Assembly: GCF_018977255.1 (NCBI RefSeq)
Contig: NW_024704743.1
Location: forward strand, 76,758,001 to 76,822,000
From: Callorhinchus milii
Lineage: Eukaryota
Direction of reading: 5' to 3'
Length of the DNA: 64,000 nucleotides
Under the pieces are notes generated by a model. That model had not been told where the DNA came from, did not search any database, and saw only the letters and a list, made by a program, of their open reading frames with translations. A program made the position numbers and the translations under genes. Shown here one piece after another: positions 41,745 through 54,483 of this stretch (within the stretch, counting starts at the first letter, position 1; each line of letters opens with the position of its first letter).

Positions 41745-41930
41745 GTGTGACCACCTTGTATGAACACTGTGATCTAACCATCTTATATGACCAATGGGGT
41801 ATGTCCACTGTTACATGCCCACCTTATATAATCAGTGTTGCATGACCAACTTGTATGAACACTGTGTGACCACCTTAAATAAACACTGCTTGCTGTATGA
41901 CTACAGTTGTGTGGACACAATTAACACTGC
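41745..41930. repeat. Degenerate minisatellite, unit about 24-30 bp
   Basis: Recurrent TGACCACCTTGTATGAACACTGT-like units. Confidence 0.7.
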
Positions 41931-42099
41931 AGTCCGGGGCAGATGTAGATAATAATCTTAATAATAATCCTTGCATTTGACCTGCGAAGATACGGCGAAG
42001 GTATGTGTAAATACATATAATTTCCAATCAGTCAAGTCGACCACCGAAGATTCCTACCCTTGGGCTTCTGTAAAAGGTAGTAATGAAGAGTAGACAAGT

Positions 42100-42809
42100 T
42101 TGGGTTACAGTCTATTTACAACATAAGCAACGTGAGGTGGAGGGGAGTTGGTGAAACGCCCGCAGGCTGAGCGGAAGACCTGTGTCCAGTGCTGTGTGTG
42201 TGTGTGTGTGTGTGAAGGAGCTGGTGTAATGGGCAGTAGGTGGATCCAGTGAATGTTTGCTGTTTCTTTGCTTTGGCACACTCTCGGCAATAAGCGAGTC
42301 GCTCAGTTTGCTTTGCTGGTTCGCAGTGAAAGGCTCGCAGACAGTCGGGCGCTGACTCCCACTGGAAGCCGAGCACTGATGGATTTAAGCTATAGTAAAA
42401 AAAAGCACACAATGCGATCTGCCTATCAGCCGGGAAGCCGTCTCTAGGCTCCAGACCTGCAGCACATCACGGAGTTTCGAAATCCCATTCTGACATTCAT
42501 CTGAGAGGAACTCACTGTGGCTTCACGTTGAGGAGACCGGGTGACCAGCATGTGGCTGTAGGGATGAGCAGACTGGGCTGACTGTGGCTGTGTGGAGCGG
42601 CTGGCAGGTTGCTGCTGGTTTCTGTGATGCTAATCTGGGGCAATGTGAGCTGTCTGTCTGTCTGTCTGTCTGTCTGTGTCTGTGTGTCTGGGGACCCGGG
42701 ATCGCCTATACCTGATTGAGGTGATGGACTGGCAGTGCTGACATCCACACTGGAGCTTTGATCATTGCTATTATTTTTTTTGGAAGGGATTTTGGTTCAT
42801 CGATCGGCA
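42100..42809 (+). promoter_or_regulatory. Probable BMPER promoter / 5' UTR region
   Basis: Locally GC- and CpG-enriched, no obvious transposons, directly upstream of the BMPER ATG; contains (TG)n and (TGTC)n tracts. The TSS cannot be placed. Confidence 0.55.
42651..42689. repeat. (TGTC)n microsatellite in the BMPER 5' region
   Basis: Read directly; (TG)n tracts also at 42193-42214 and 42982-43011. Confidence 0.95.
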
Positions 42810-42927
42810 ATGATGATGGTGTTTCACCCTATTAGCTATCTGGCAAACTCCTATCGTTGCTCAATCGTCTGCTTGGTTTCAGTGTTTGTTGCTTCTCAAG
42901 TTTCCGTCTCTGCGTCGCTTCTGACAG
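42810..42927 (+). CDS. BMPER: BMPER (crossveinless-2) coding exon 1, signal peptide
   Basis: ATGATGATG at 42810 reads MMMVFHPISYLANSYRCSIVCLVSVFVASQVSVSASLLT-G, a hydrophobic signal-like stretch ending like mammalian BMPER SSFLTG. Donor CAG|gtaaga at 42928, phase 1. Which of the three Mets initiates is uncertain. Confidence 0.9.
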
Positions 42928-42980
42928 GTAAGAAAGAGCAATTGCTCTATGATTAAATGCAATGGTATTGTGCAGACTTG

Positions 42981-43012
<32 letters not shown>

Positions 43013-43085
43013 AGGGTGGGGAGGGACACATTTCTAACGCTGTGTATTTTCTGTAATGCAAATGCGCACACGTTGTGTGTTGTAG

Positions 43086-43171
43086 GATCTGTGGCGAGCT
43101 GTGAAACCGAAGGAGAGGTGATAGAAATCCCCTTCATTACAGACAACCCTTGCATCTCCTGCGTGTGCTTG
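43086..43171 (+). CDS. BMPER: BMPER coding exon 2, start of vWC domain 1
   Basis: Acceptor tgtag|GA. The 86-nt exon reads (G)[28 protein letters not shown], matching recalled [34 protein letters not shown]. Donor TTG|gtaaga, phase 0. Confidence 0.96.
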
Positions 43172-43725
43172 GTAAGAGCGCTTTGAGGCTAACGCTGAAA
43201 TAACTCCAGGAACACTGATCAAAGTGCAGGCAGCAATGATGTGTCTCGTTACTTTAACACACGGCAGCGCAGCGAAATGTCATGTATAACATGCAGCAGT
43301 GTCAATGATTTTGTTATTATTTAGTACAATTTGGAATAGGTTGCATTTCCCCTTTGCATTTGATATAGCGTCTTATCACGTCTTCGAGACGTCTCAATGC
43401 TCTTCACAGAATACACTGTGAAGTGAATTGACTGGTGTGCGAATTTTTTTTTACGGGGGATCAAAACAACAGATAAACACGTATTGTAACTACCTGGAAT
43501 TCCAAAGATTACAGATAAAGCTATTTTGTTTGATATTCTCAGCGATCAGAATAGTGATTGAATAATTCATTGTATTAACGTAATAATTTTAATAATCGAA
43601 TAATCCAATAGTCCAGGCTGTGAGATACAATTACATTAATTGTATTAATGTAATAATTTGAATAATCCAAGTAGCCCTGGGGTTTATTGCTGACTGTCTG
43701 ACAGCACCCGACGCAGAGATCGATG

Positions 43726-43760
<35 letters not shown>
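43726..43760. repeat. (ATA)n microsatellite, probably a SINE tail remnant
   Basis: (ATA)n followed by ATCCT, as in reverse-strand SINE tails. Confidence 0.85.
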
Positions 43761-44924
43761 CCTCTCCCTTGACCTGGTAGCGTTGCATGTCCAACTATTT
43801 AGCAAAAAAAAAGATTCACTGTTGCAACGTTATTTGGAGCGCATCGTGTTATAAAAATAATGTTTCGGTGTGTGAGAAATATGCTGCAGTGACAACCCGC
43901 TGCCGGACCTCCTGATCCTCACAGCAGTTACTGAGTAAAGCGAAGTGCGAACACATGCCTTCAATTCCTTCAATTCATTCCCCCCTCCGCCTCCTGCCAC
44001 ACTGCCGGTGTGAAGGCAGAAGCCTGGGCCAGTGTTGCCATATAACGCTGTGGGGTTTAGTTTATAAACACTTGTGTGCACGTTTGATCGCAGACCCTTT
44101 ACTGGTGAGCGTTATGCTGAGTGTGTTGGTGTATTGGTGAGGTTGGGAGCCCGCAGAGGGCAGGTCAGCGCCGGCACTGCAGACACACCGACCGAATCAG
44201 CCCCCGGTCTGACTGGTGTCCACGCCTTACACACAGCTGTCTCACGTGTAGAGAGACCTGTACTGCCTACATTTACTGACACACTGTCCAGGCTGTGAGA
44301 CACGGTGTGTGAGATACCGCTGGTAACTCCTCAAGAGAAGTCACTGTGTGCCCCAGATGTCAACCAGCAGCGAGACTGGGATCCCACCGCACCGCACCGC
44401 ACAGCACAGCACTCCCACTCTGGGGGTTTGCGGGTTGTTTAACTCACACCTCCCCGGGCTGCCCGCCATCCATCTGTCATCCCGTCTTCACCCCGACTGC
44501 AGACTCCGGGGTTCTTCATTTCTGTACATGGGAACAACCGATCCGATGTCTTCAATAAAAGATTTCAATTAATCTTTTGGTTTCTGAAAACTTGTCGATG
44601 TCCCTCTGGCTGCCCCACAGCTGAGCCCAGTCACTGCCCCTCTTCCTGCCAGACTGTGTGTGTACTGACAGTGTCCCTCTGGGGGCTTCTCACACCCTGG
44701 ATCATGGACCTTTTACGTCTCGGGGACGAGGGATTCCTTTGCAGTTCACTATCTGAAAGAACGCGATGAGAGGTTAAGTAAAAAAAAAAAACCCTTTGCA
44801 TTATTTGGCGTCAGTTCCCGTTCTCTGTAAAACTCTCCATACTGTTTTTTTTTGGAGGGGGAAATAATCACCGACGACAGCGGCTGCAACCGAGGTACGA
44901 CTTTGGAGGTAAAGTTTGTTTCGT

Positions 44925-45260
44925 GTCAGTTTGGCTCAGTTCCCACCTTTGCATCTGGAGGCTGTGGAGTTCAATCCACTCCGCCGGTAGTCTGAGCAGA
45001 CACCACACCCAGTGCAGTGCCCTCCTTTGGGTGAAACATTAGACCAAAGGTCCCGATCTGTCCATTCCCGGTTTCGTTAAAGATCCCACTACACTGTTTC
45101 AAAAGAGATGGGAGTTTTGTCCGGTCTTCTCGCCAACAGTTCTCCTGATCAACTGATCATTCTGTGATGTGTGCAAAACGGCTGTTGTGTTCGCCTCGAG
45201 AAACAGTCACTACACTTAACAGTAATTACTGTAAGGCGCTTTGGAACTTTCAATGTGATG
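44925..45260 (+). mobile_element. Deu-domain-like SINE
   Basis: Diverged head and body (TAAAGATCCC, GGAGTTTTGTCCGGTCTTCTCGCCAAC). Confidence 0.65.
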
Positions 45261-45674
45261 CAGAAATGCGAGTTTTTTTAATCTATACATAGTATATATT
45301 TTTAAACACTGTATAGATGAGGGAGGATTGATAGGAACGAAGCCAATATCAGGGTCAGATGGTTTACCAAAGTGTCAAGTTCAGTTTTGATGGTTTATGG
45401 TGTTATCTGTCATTACCTTTGAGGTGGCATAACAATCCAATGCTTCCCTCCAGTAAAGCAGACTAAGACAGACTGAACCCCAACAGTTTTATGTCCAGAA
45501 ATCATTTTACAACCCAGTTAAAACATTAAACACAACGTGATGAGCATAATTTTGTTTCTGTCAAAGCATTTGTTTTGGATTGAGGGATTGGCTGAAGGTA
45601 AACATTAGTTGATACACTGGTTAATGCAGCTCTGGGAAAAAGCCATTCACCTAACCAAAGGGACTGGTGCTCTT

Positions 45675-46110
45675 AACAACAACAACTTGTACTTATTTAG
45701 CACCCTTTATGCAAGTACTGTCTCGGAAGGCTAAACAGCAGTGTGATATGATGCCGAGCTGGAAAGAGAAGGGAGGTGACTGAAGGAACGATCGAAGAGA
45801 AAAGTCTTCTGGTGGGATTTGAAGATGGGTAAAGAAGGGGCAAGATAGAGGGAATAGGGTAAAGCATTCCAGAGAGTCGGAGCATAGTGGCTGAAATGAC
45901 AGGGCACCATTTGTGGAGAGGAGGGGACGAGGGATGTGCAGAAGACCCAAGCCAGCTAAGCGAAGGCAGTGGGCAGTGGAGTGGGGTATGAGTAGATCAA
46001 CAACAACAACAAGATTCCATTTATAGAGCGCCTTTCACGTCGGGAGGACGTCCCAAGGCGCTGAAATCGGAGAGGTAGGGAGGCGCAGGGCATGAAGAGA
46101 TTTGAAAGTG
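45675..46110 (-). mobile_element. Old L2 3' fragment with a young L2 tail nested inside
   Basis: Diverged L2 3' region; a near-consensus tail of about 65 bp at 45998-46063. Confidence 0.75.
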
Positions 46111-47664
46111 ACTGGACCGGCTGGATTCACAGGGTTCTCCATTTACAGTATTCTGCCATCAGTATTTGAAAATGTGGTGTACAGCCAATTTGCTTTGTCA
46201 AACACGTACTTTTTCGTACAGTACTTGCAGTCATTCGTTGTTTTTATACCCTACAATGTTACTTGTGTACAGTTATTTAATTTACAACTGTTTCTGTGCT
46301 AAAGTAATGCAATGCAACATATTGTTATCTGATCGTTTGCCTATATAATACAGTCATTAAACTTTACAGTAAATCCTGTGAACCGGTTTGAGACACCCTC
46401 CAGATGTGAAAAATGTTATATTAAGTGCAAAGATTAATAGTATTGTAAATACCACAAGAAAATTGAGGTCTGTCGTGTTATCAAAACAAGTGTCAATCAT
46501 TGCTGCTTTCTGAGTTTTACACTCCAATGTGTAGTTTTGCTGTTGCATCCCTCAGCAAATCAATGAATATTAACAATTCAACCGACCAGTCAGAGCTCAA
46601 AACGTGGGAGCTTTTTTCATGTTAGTCCATTGACACACCTTACATCCATACAAAGCGTTAGATAGGATGAGGTTACTCAAATAGCAACGTTTAGTGTTCA
46701 GACCAATACTGCGCTTTGAGCCACTACGCTCCGAACACTCTGGAACACTCTCCTCAATCCCTCCGCCTTGCCCCCTTTTTCAAGTCACGCCTGAAAACCT
46801 TTGTTTCGACTGTGCTTATGGTCACCGCGCCCCCTCCACCCCAGCTCCGAGTCAGGCTCCGTCACTGTTAAGCACTGTGAGATGCTACCCTGCATGGAGG
46901 GTGCTGTATAAGTGCAAGTTGTTGTCGTTGTATCTTTGTGCCTTGGGATGTCCCAAGTTGTTGGGATGTCCTCCTGACGTGAAAGGTGCTATACAAATGT
47001 AATTTGTTGTTGTTTCAGTTTATATATCTGACTAAAGGTTTGGATTGCTATTAGTGTTTTCATCCTGACAACCATTAAGATGTTGGTATCATATGTCAAT
47101 TCATACGCCAAGATATTTAAATTGAAATTCTCTTTCTAGGTGAGTCGTAGTGTCCAGGTGGTACTTTATGCTTTGCTGCTTAAAATCAAATAAAAGGGGT
47201 TTAGGTTATGGCTCATTGATTAGTATTCTTCTGCCCTTTTTACATGACTGCATCTTGTTTAAGCCTCTAACACTGTTTCAAAATCGTGCTTAAGAGTATC
47301 CAACGACAACAAAAACAACAACAAAATTACATTCATAGAGCGCCTTTCACGTCGGGAGGACGTCCCAAGGCACTGTAATATACATGGAAATCTCCCTTTG
47401 TCTGGAAAGAAGAGTACACTCTCTCCTCACAAGGATACGCTAGCCTTCCCTCATTATGGAACGTATTAAGCACACGTTGACAAGAGCCAAAGCTTGGAGA
47501 GCCTAGAGAATGTGTTGGGTTATTGCTGGAATTAAAAGTTAAAACCGCGCAGCTTGCCATTGCGAACAATGTCTGGCACTGCTTGTCCAGCTAGAACTAC
47601 CCTACCATTAGAGCTTGGCTCGCAGAGTTAATGGGAGCTGAGTGGGAAGAATCCTTGACCATAG

Positions 47665-48260
47665 AATTCTTGTTTAACCAATAGTGCATTGTCATCAGCA
47701 AATCTTTGGCTGTTGATGACTCTTCCATCGATATCCGTGCCACGTTTTCCAGTTCTTTAGTTGCTTTTGTCATTATACATTCCAAGAATACATTGAAGTA
47801 GTTTGCAGAAATAAGGTAGCCTGACAGACACTAAATATGGCTGGGGACCAATCCCATATATCTGAACGGTCTTGCAGCACTTTGTGCAGATTATTCATAT
47901 AGATCTTGTTGCAATATTTGAATGTTGTTGGCAGGCATGTTCCTGTGTTATAGTTGCTTAAACAGGCTGTGCCAGACTCTGCCAAATACTCTCTTGAAGT
48001 CAATACAAAATGACTTTCCTTTCTTTGCTGATTTCTTTTCCCTCATATTTAATTGTTAAAGATTTTCTTCTTGCTTGTTTCATACAACTTTTATCAGGAC
48101 TTAATAAGACTGTCTGAGGTCACTATTTCCTGTGTTCTCTCAGCTCAGCACATTGCATATTTCTTCATATTGTGACTTTCTTCTGGATAGTTCTTAAAAC
48201 CGGCTTGTACATTGGTTTCAATTCTGCCTGGGCATTCAGCTAAAATGAAAACTTTACTAA
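47665..48260 (-). mobile_element. Fossil RTE-clade LINE reverse transcriptase fragment
   Basis: Across frameshifts the minus strand reads CIDFKRVFGRVWH (47969-48007), SVCQ..YFNVFLECIMTKA and DGRVINSQRFADDNALL (FADD 47691-47702), in the RT motif order typical of RTE elements. Confidence 0.75.
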
Positions 48261-49984
48261 ATCCAAAGATTCTTTATGTTCAAATTATATGCACAGTCTA
48301 TACATAATGCTTTGCAGTATATCCTGTGAAGTCTTTGAAATGTCTTGATGACGTTATACGGCGCTACATCAAATGTAAGGATTCTTGTTAAAGAATATTG
48401 CAGCCCAGAAACAAATCATTCAGCGTATTTCATTTTTCTCCTGTGGTATTTCCTTCACAGCAGTTGTTTATAGAACTGACTACTTCATTGATATCTTTGG
48501 GCAAATTTCAAAGGAACGTAACCTGATTTGTGAACTCTGTTTTAAAGTTTCCTGGCTTAATCCTCCATTATCACTTTTATTAGAGTCCCCAAAAGAGTAT
48601 ATACTGTGCTTATAACCAGTCTATACTCAGATTTGCACTTAATGCCCTGAAATCTGTTGTTCACATTAGGAAGGGTGATTGAGCCAAGACACTGTTCTTA
48701 TTTAAGAAGCAGTTTGAGGCTGTAATGGGAAGACAATAGGATGAGATCAAGTGGGCCTTGTTCATCCAAATCCCTCTTGTGATCATATCCTCTGCCTCTA
48801 AATAGGTGGAATTGGGGCTCCAGCCTCCTATGGTAAATATAGTATATCCATTGCTGAGGTTGTGATTCAGGCAACCGGTCCACAGAGCATTTCTGGTGCT
48901 GTTCTAAAACTAACCACTAGGAGATGCACAAGAGCGGTTTTGCAATCGTTCTCTCCCTACAGGCCCCAAAGCAGTGTAGGCAAAGTCAACAGTTCTGCAT
49001 ATAGACAATGAAAGTCACAGAGTTTTGCAGAACCACTGCAAATCATGCCTGTCTGATCGTGCTTTTGATCAATTTTCACCCCCACCACCTTGGCTCCTAC
49101 CCCCAGCTCAGGTGCCCAGCCAGCTTTGTCAAACCCTTTGAAAGTTCCTCGTGACCTGAAAGGTGATATATAAATGTAAAGTGCATTGTATTGTAATATT
49201 CTTACCTATACCACTTTTATAATACATGGAGTAAACTTGAATGGCCCTGTATTTTCCAACATTGAGCTAACAGGCAATATGCCCGCTTCCTCCATTGCAT
49301 GATGTAATTCCACAAAGAATTCTATTAAATTCCCTCATAATCTGAAATCTGACTATGGGATACATTTGTGCTGTTACTGATATCTCTCAGTTGGCACTTT
49401 TTACAATGCTACAGTATTTAGAGCTGATGGTTAGGAGCTGTTGAGGATGATAATAATAATCCTTGCATTTGATATAATGCTTTTCAAGTCTTCTAGACGC
49501 TCAAAGCGCTTCACAGAATAGACTGTAAAGTGAATGGACTGTATATTTGTGGGCAAAATGTGATATATTTTACATGGAACTGGAATAGGAACATTGACTG
49601 ACTTTAATTGTCTACAAATACATAGCCTTTACACTTGACAGCAATTATTGTTGACCTGCTTTGAGACAGTTTGATATAATAGGCACCAATCCAAATGCAA
49701 TGATTATTTATTATTATTAATGTCACCTTATATGATAACACATAGAGTATTTTATAAACTAAATTAATTTGGTTGAAAGAATATGATCGCTCTACTCTAT
49801 GTGTTATCATAAAATGTGACATTACACATATAAAAAAATTGAACTCACCACAATTCCTGATGCTGGCAGTGCTGGTGAAGCTTGTTGGATTAATGGCTGT
49901 GCTTCTCTGATGAGTTTATCTGTTTTACAATTTTATTGTTCTTGCTCAATTCGTTGCTGAACTCAAGACAAGGCAAATTTGGCC

Positions 49985-50048
49985 TCTGGGACACAATATC
50001 TCATTTCCGGGAACTGTCCCCGGAAATCGGGGATGTATGGTCATAGGG
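49985..50048 (-). mobile_element. Possible hAT-type MITE terminus
   Basis: The minus strand TGACCATACATCCCCGATTTCCGGGGACAGTTCCCGG resembles the recalled MER96-like end GGGTGACCATACGTCCCG..GGGACAGTCCCGG. No partner end found. Confidence 0.4.
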
Positions 50049-51213
50049 GAATTTTTCATAAAATGTCTATCTAATCACCACGTCATAGAAAGTTCACAGC
50101 ACAGGAGGAGTTCATTCAGCCGATGATGTCTAAACTAGCATGAGCTCCCCCATTGGAACTCTCTACTCTAATCCTATTCTCCTACTCCTTTGCCATCCCC
50201 TTCAAGGTTATTTTTCCTCAGGTATTTATCCAATTTCTTTTAAAACACCGTTATACTCAAAGCTTCAATGGCCATGGGTGGCACTGGAACGCATTCAATA
50301 ACCTGTCGTAAAGCAATGGTTTTACCTTCCCCCTCCCTTTTCTTCTGACAATAATCATCAAATGATGTCCTCCTGTTACTTAATAATTGATCAAAGGAAA
50401 TAATCTCCCTCTTATTTACTCTTTCAAAACTAATCCTAAGTAGACAGGAGCAAGAGAGACCAGCAATTTCTCAGGTATCTATCTCACTCTACAACATTCA
50501 GAGTTCACACAGCCATTCCAAGGTGGACAATTCACTTTTAAAATGCAGGAATCTCCTTTTATAACGATTGGGAGATTTAGGTGACACCGAAACTAATTTT
50601 TATCTTTCACATTATGATGTCAGAAAATGCACAAGAATTTTCAACATTGTTTCACGTTTACCTTCCTTTGTCCGTGAATTCTTACCTATAAATTATCTGC
50701 TCATCTACTTGGGCGGTGTACTTACCCTAATATGACCTCATTTAAAAAAAGACAGCAACTTAAAAACAGGCTATTATGTACAGAATAATGGATACCTTGG
50801 CATGATTACAAGGTTGTAATGTAACTGAGGGGTTCACATGATCTCATACACTGCCAGAGTGAAGCTCACATGGTTTATAAGCATCATCTGAACCCTGTGG
50901 TTAGATTACTGCCTTGAACTCACTCACTCCCTGGTACCTGTTATTGTTTCCAGCGTATACTGATTTCATTTTCCATGAATGTGAGTATGTGTGTTTGTAT
51001 GGGTGGAGAGTGGAGGAAAAGATTTTTTTAATGTTAGTGTTGCATAATTGCTTTTATATCACTACTCAGTGTACTTTATGCCCTTTGCGTTTGATACCAC
51101 ACATGCCTGAGGTTTAAAGGAAATTAAGTTGTTAACAGAAGACTTATTGAGAAATAATCTAAGAGTGATTAATGGGAAATTCTGTCTGCAGAAAATGACT
51201 GGAAAAAAAAGGC

Positions 51214-51665
51214 ATCAGCCTGGCCCAATTGGCAGCACTCAGCCTCTGGCTCATAAGGTAGTTGGTTCAAGCTCTACCTTGGACCTTTCAGCTGATAGTC
51301 GAGGCTGATGTTCCAATGCAGTGCTGGTGAACACAGCATATCAGAAGCACCATCCTTCAGATGAGCCATTAAGCCAAGGTCCTGTCTGCCTATTGAAATG
51401 GATGTTGAAGATACTGCAACACTACGTCCTCCAGACGTGAAAGCCACTAAACAAATGTAATATTGTTGTTGTTGAAAAGCAAGGGATTTTCTCTTGGTTT
51501 CCTGGCCAACAATCGTCCAGATAAAATTGGTTATTCACTTCATGGCTGTTTGTGGAATGTTGCTATATGCAAATTGGCTACTGTGTTTGTCTCAAAGCAA
51601 AGTCATAGAAACTTTGTGAAGTGCTTGAGATTTTATAGGCCCAATATCAAATGAAAGGATCATTT
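51214..51665 (+). mobile_element. Deu-domain-like SINE with nested L2 tail
   Basis: Head, body and tail; an L2 tail fragment at about 51424-51474. Confidence 0.7.
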
Positions 51666-54483
51666 TTCTTATTTATATTTACTATATTGTATGTAGGGTC
51701 TCTGTGGGCTTTGTATTGAAGTCCTAAAAATCAATTCAGAATCAAACAAACCTTGCATTTGGCATAGTGCCTTATCTCATTGTCGAGACATCTCAAAAGT
51801 CTTCACTGGATATACTGTAAAGTGGATTGACAGTACTTTGTGGTCGAAACGTGGCAGCCAGTTGCGCATAGCAGTGACCCGCAAACAGCGATGGATTGAG
51901 CAACCAATATTTTATTTGGGGGATTGTTGACAAGGACACCGGGAGAAACTCCCTTCTCTTTTCGAATAGTGCCATGGATATTCTAGGCAGAGGTAGGGTG
52001 AGTCTCACTGGTGCCATGCTCCTGATCATCTTGAGCAGTACAATTCACACCCGTTTCACTTTAAACATGGTAGGTACCACTAACATTGAGCTCATCTCTT
52101 CCTGGTTCAATAACAGCTCCAGAAACACCGATCCAGAAAGTGTCATGGGACTGTTTTTTAAATCTTATTAAGGAGTCAATCACACAATTGTCTTTTTAAG
52201 ATTGGGGTTTAGCATGTAATATTCATAACAGGATCACAAATATCTCACCAGCTCCTTCTTGAATCCTTCAGTCTTTTGTGCTACTTGGGAACCAAGTTCA
52301 CAAATTTCAGAACAGCCAATGGAAGAAGATAAGACTCAGGATGAAGCTTATGAGACTGACCTCTTTGACACTCAAGACCAAGACTGTATTTGGTCCAAGC
52401 AGCAGAGGGTAGCAGTCCTGTGTGGAGCTGCACTGTAGCATTGTGATGTATAGTGCATTACAATAAACATTAAAGGGCATCATGAGAAAAGACTGGCAAA
52501 ATTTCTCCCAATATTAACAAACACAACTGGAGCTCTTCATTCTTAGAAGGGACCTTATAGAGGTGTATAACATTTTAAATGACATTGAAAAATTAAACCC
52601 AGAACAATACTTTAGGATAAATCAAGACTTTAGAACAAGAGAACACAAATTTAGAGTTCTACAGGGCAGACCTATGTGATCCAAAACAATCTTGTGATCT
52701 TGAGATATGACACAGTCTGTGGATGCATTACATTTTCTTTAATAAGAACAACAATTTAGAATTTATATAGGGCTTTTTCACATCTCAAAGTGCCTTATAC
52801 AGCCGACTCGAAGCCCGGGCTTGGGGAGTGAGCGGGGGAGTGTGGGGGGGGTGGGGGAGGGTGGTGGTGGAGAGGGGGCAAGCAGGGAAGATGATGGAAA
52901 GTAGAGTCAAAAAATTTTCATGCTAGTTTACTATCATAGTCACTGATCAGATAATAACTGAGTGAAATATTTCAGGTGAGATTGTTTTTTATGTTTTTAT
53001 ATTGTATAGTATTTTGAAAATGAAATACTATATAAAGTATTGAATTGAAATGTTTAAGAGGGAGATAGATACATATTTGAAGGGACTTGGTGAAAGGGCA
53101 GGGAAATGGGATTAGTTTGTAGATTAAGCCATGATTCTAGCAGAGTGGTGATGCGGATTTGATGGGCTGAATTCTAAAAAAAAACTGCTTTAAAAAATTG
53201 CAAAAGTCAGAACTCATGCCATGATCCCAATCTCTAGTCCTGCCCCTATCTTGCTCACCCCCTATTGCTCTATGTTCAAACATGGACTGGAGCAGTCTCA
53301 CAGGAAGAGAAAGTAATGCAGCATTGTGGTTATAGGCCTCCCTTTTCCATGGCACAGTGCGTGGGATGAAGTGTGATACAAGGCAAGTTTGCCACAGGAA
53401 TTACACACATCATCCCACTGAGCACAAACAGCCAGTTCCTCTCGAATTCCAGGCACAATATTCCGTCTCTGAACAGCCCATCTGGCATAATTGGGATCAC
53501 AAACCTTTTCTTTAATTTACCTTTGAAGTGCATGTTAATGTTTTGAATATTTCTGTGACACATTTATTATTGTAATTCTTTTGGAGTCGCTTAAATCAAA
53601 GCATTTTGGTAATGCATTTGAGGGAAGACAAAGACCTCTAAGAGAGAGCTACTAAATTACAGGTCACTTTGAAATGAACAAATTATGTCACCTGGTGAGT
53701 GACAGAAAATTACTGAAACATACACAGGAGTGTCATCATTTACGTTTGTCTTCATAGTGAGACCCTAGAATTTTTTTTCGCTAAAACATCCTTTCTTTTG
53801 TTGCATTTATTCATTTTGATACTTTGGTCCTGGTGGTGGTAGTGGAAGGAGAGGGGGAGGAAGAGAGATAGTTGGAAGTTAATGATGTTACAGAAGCTTA
53901 AAGCAAGTGGTACTGCTAATTGCTATACCCAGCAGGTGTAAGCGAACAGTTACCACAGTGTTGAGGCTTTAGACAATTTTGAAAGACAATTAACTGAAAC
54001 TATAGTTGAGCAATAGAGGTTTCTTGTTGGTAGTCTGGGGACCCTATCAGTTATTATCTAATTAGTCAATATGCTCCTAAACCGTCTCCAACCCAGCTTT
54101 TTATTTGCAGATATTAACTGCTTCACTTGCTCAGTCAGTCACTTTGGGTCCTCTCGATGCAGTGTTCCTTTGTGCTCGAGTCCTAGTCAGTAATCTCCCA
54201 AATAAAATTGATTATTCACTTCATGACTGTTTGTTGGACATTGCAGTATAGAAATTGTTTGCCGAGTTTGTCTATAAAATACACAATCAAATACAAAATA
54301 AAATACATACTTTTACAGTAAATCCTTTGAAGTGCTTTGAGACACCCTCCTGACATGAAAGATGGTATATCAAACCCAAAGATTTTTATTGTTATTAAAG
54401 AGGTTTAATATCCCGAACATTTAAAAGATAGCAATAGTTTCACATTGGAATATAAATTGCAGGGAGTCACAATTATAAATTGT

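Noticed and set aside
42765..43186. ORF-track calls of 63 aa and 74 aa as separate genes
   Set aside because: They are BMPER exons 1 and 2 extended into UTR and intron from non-ATG starts.
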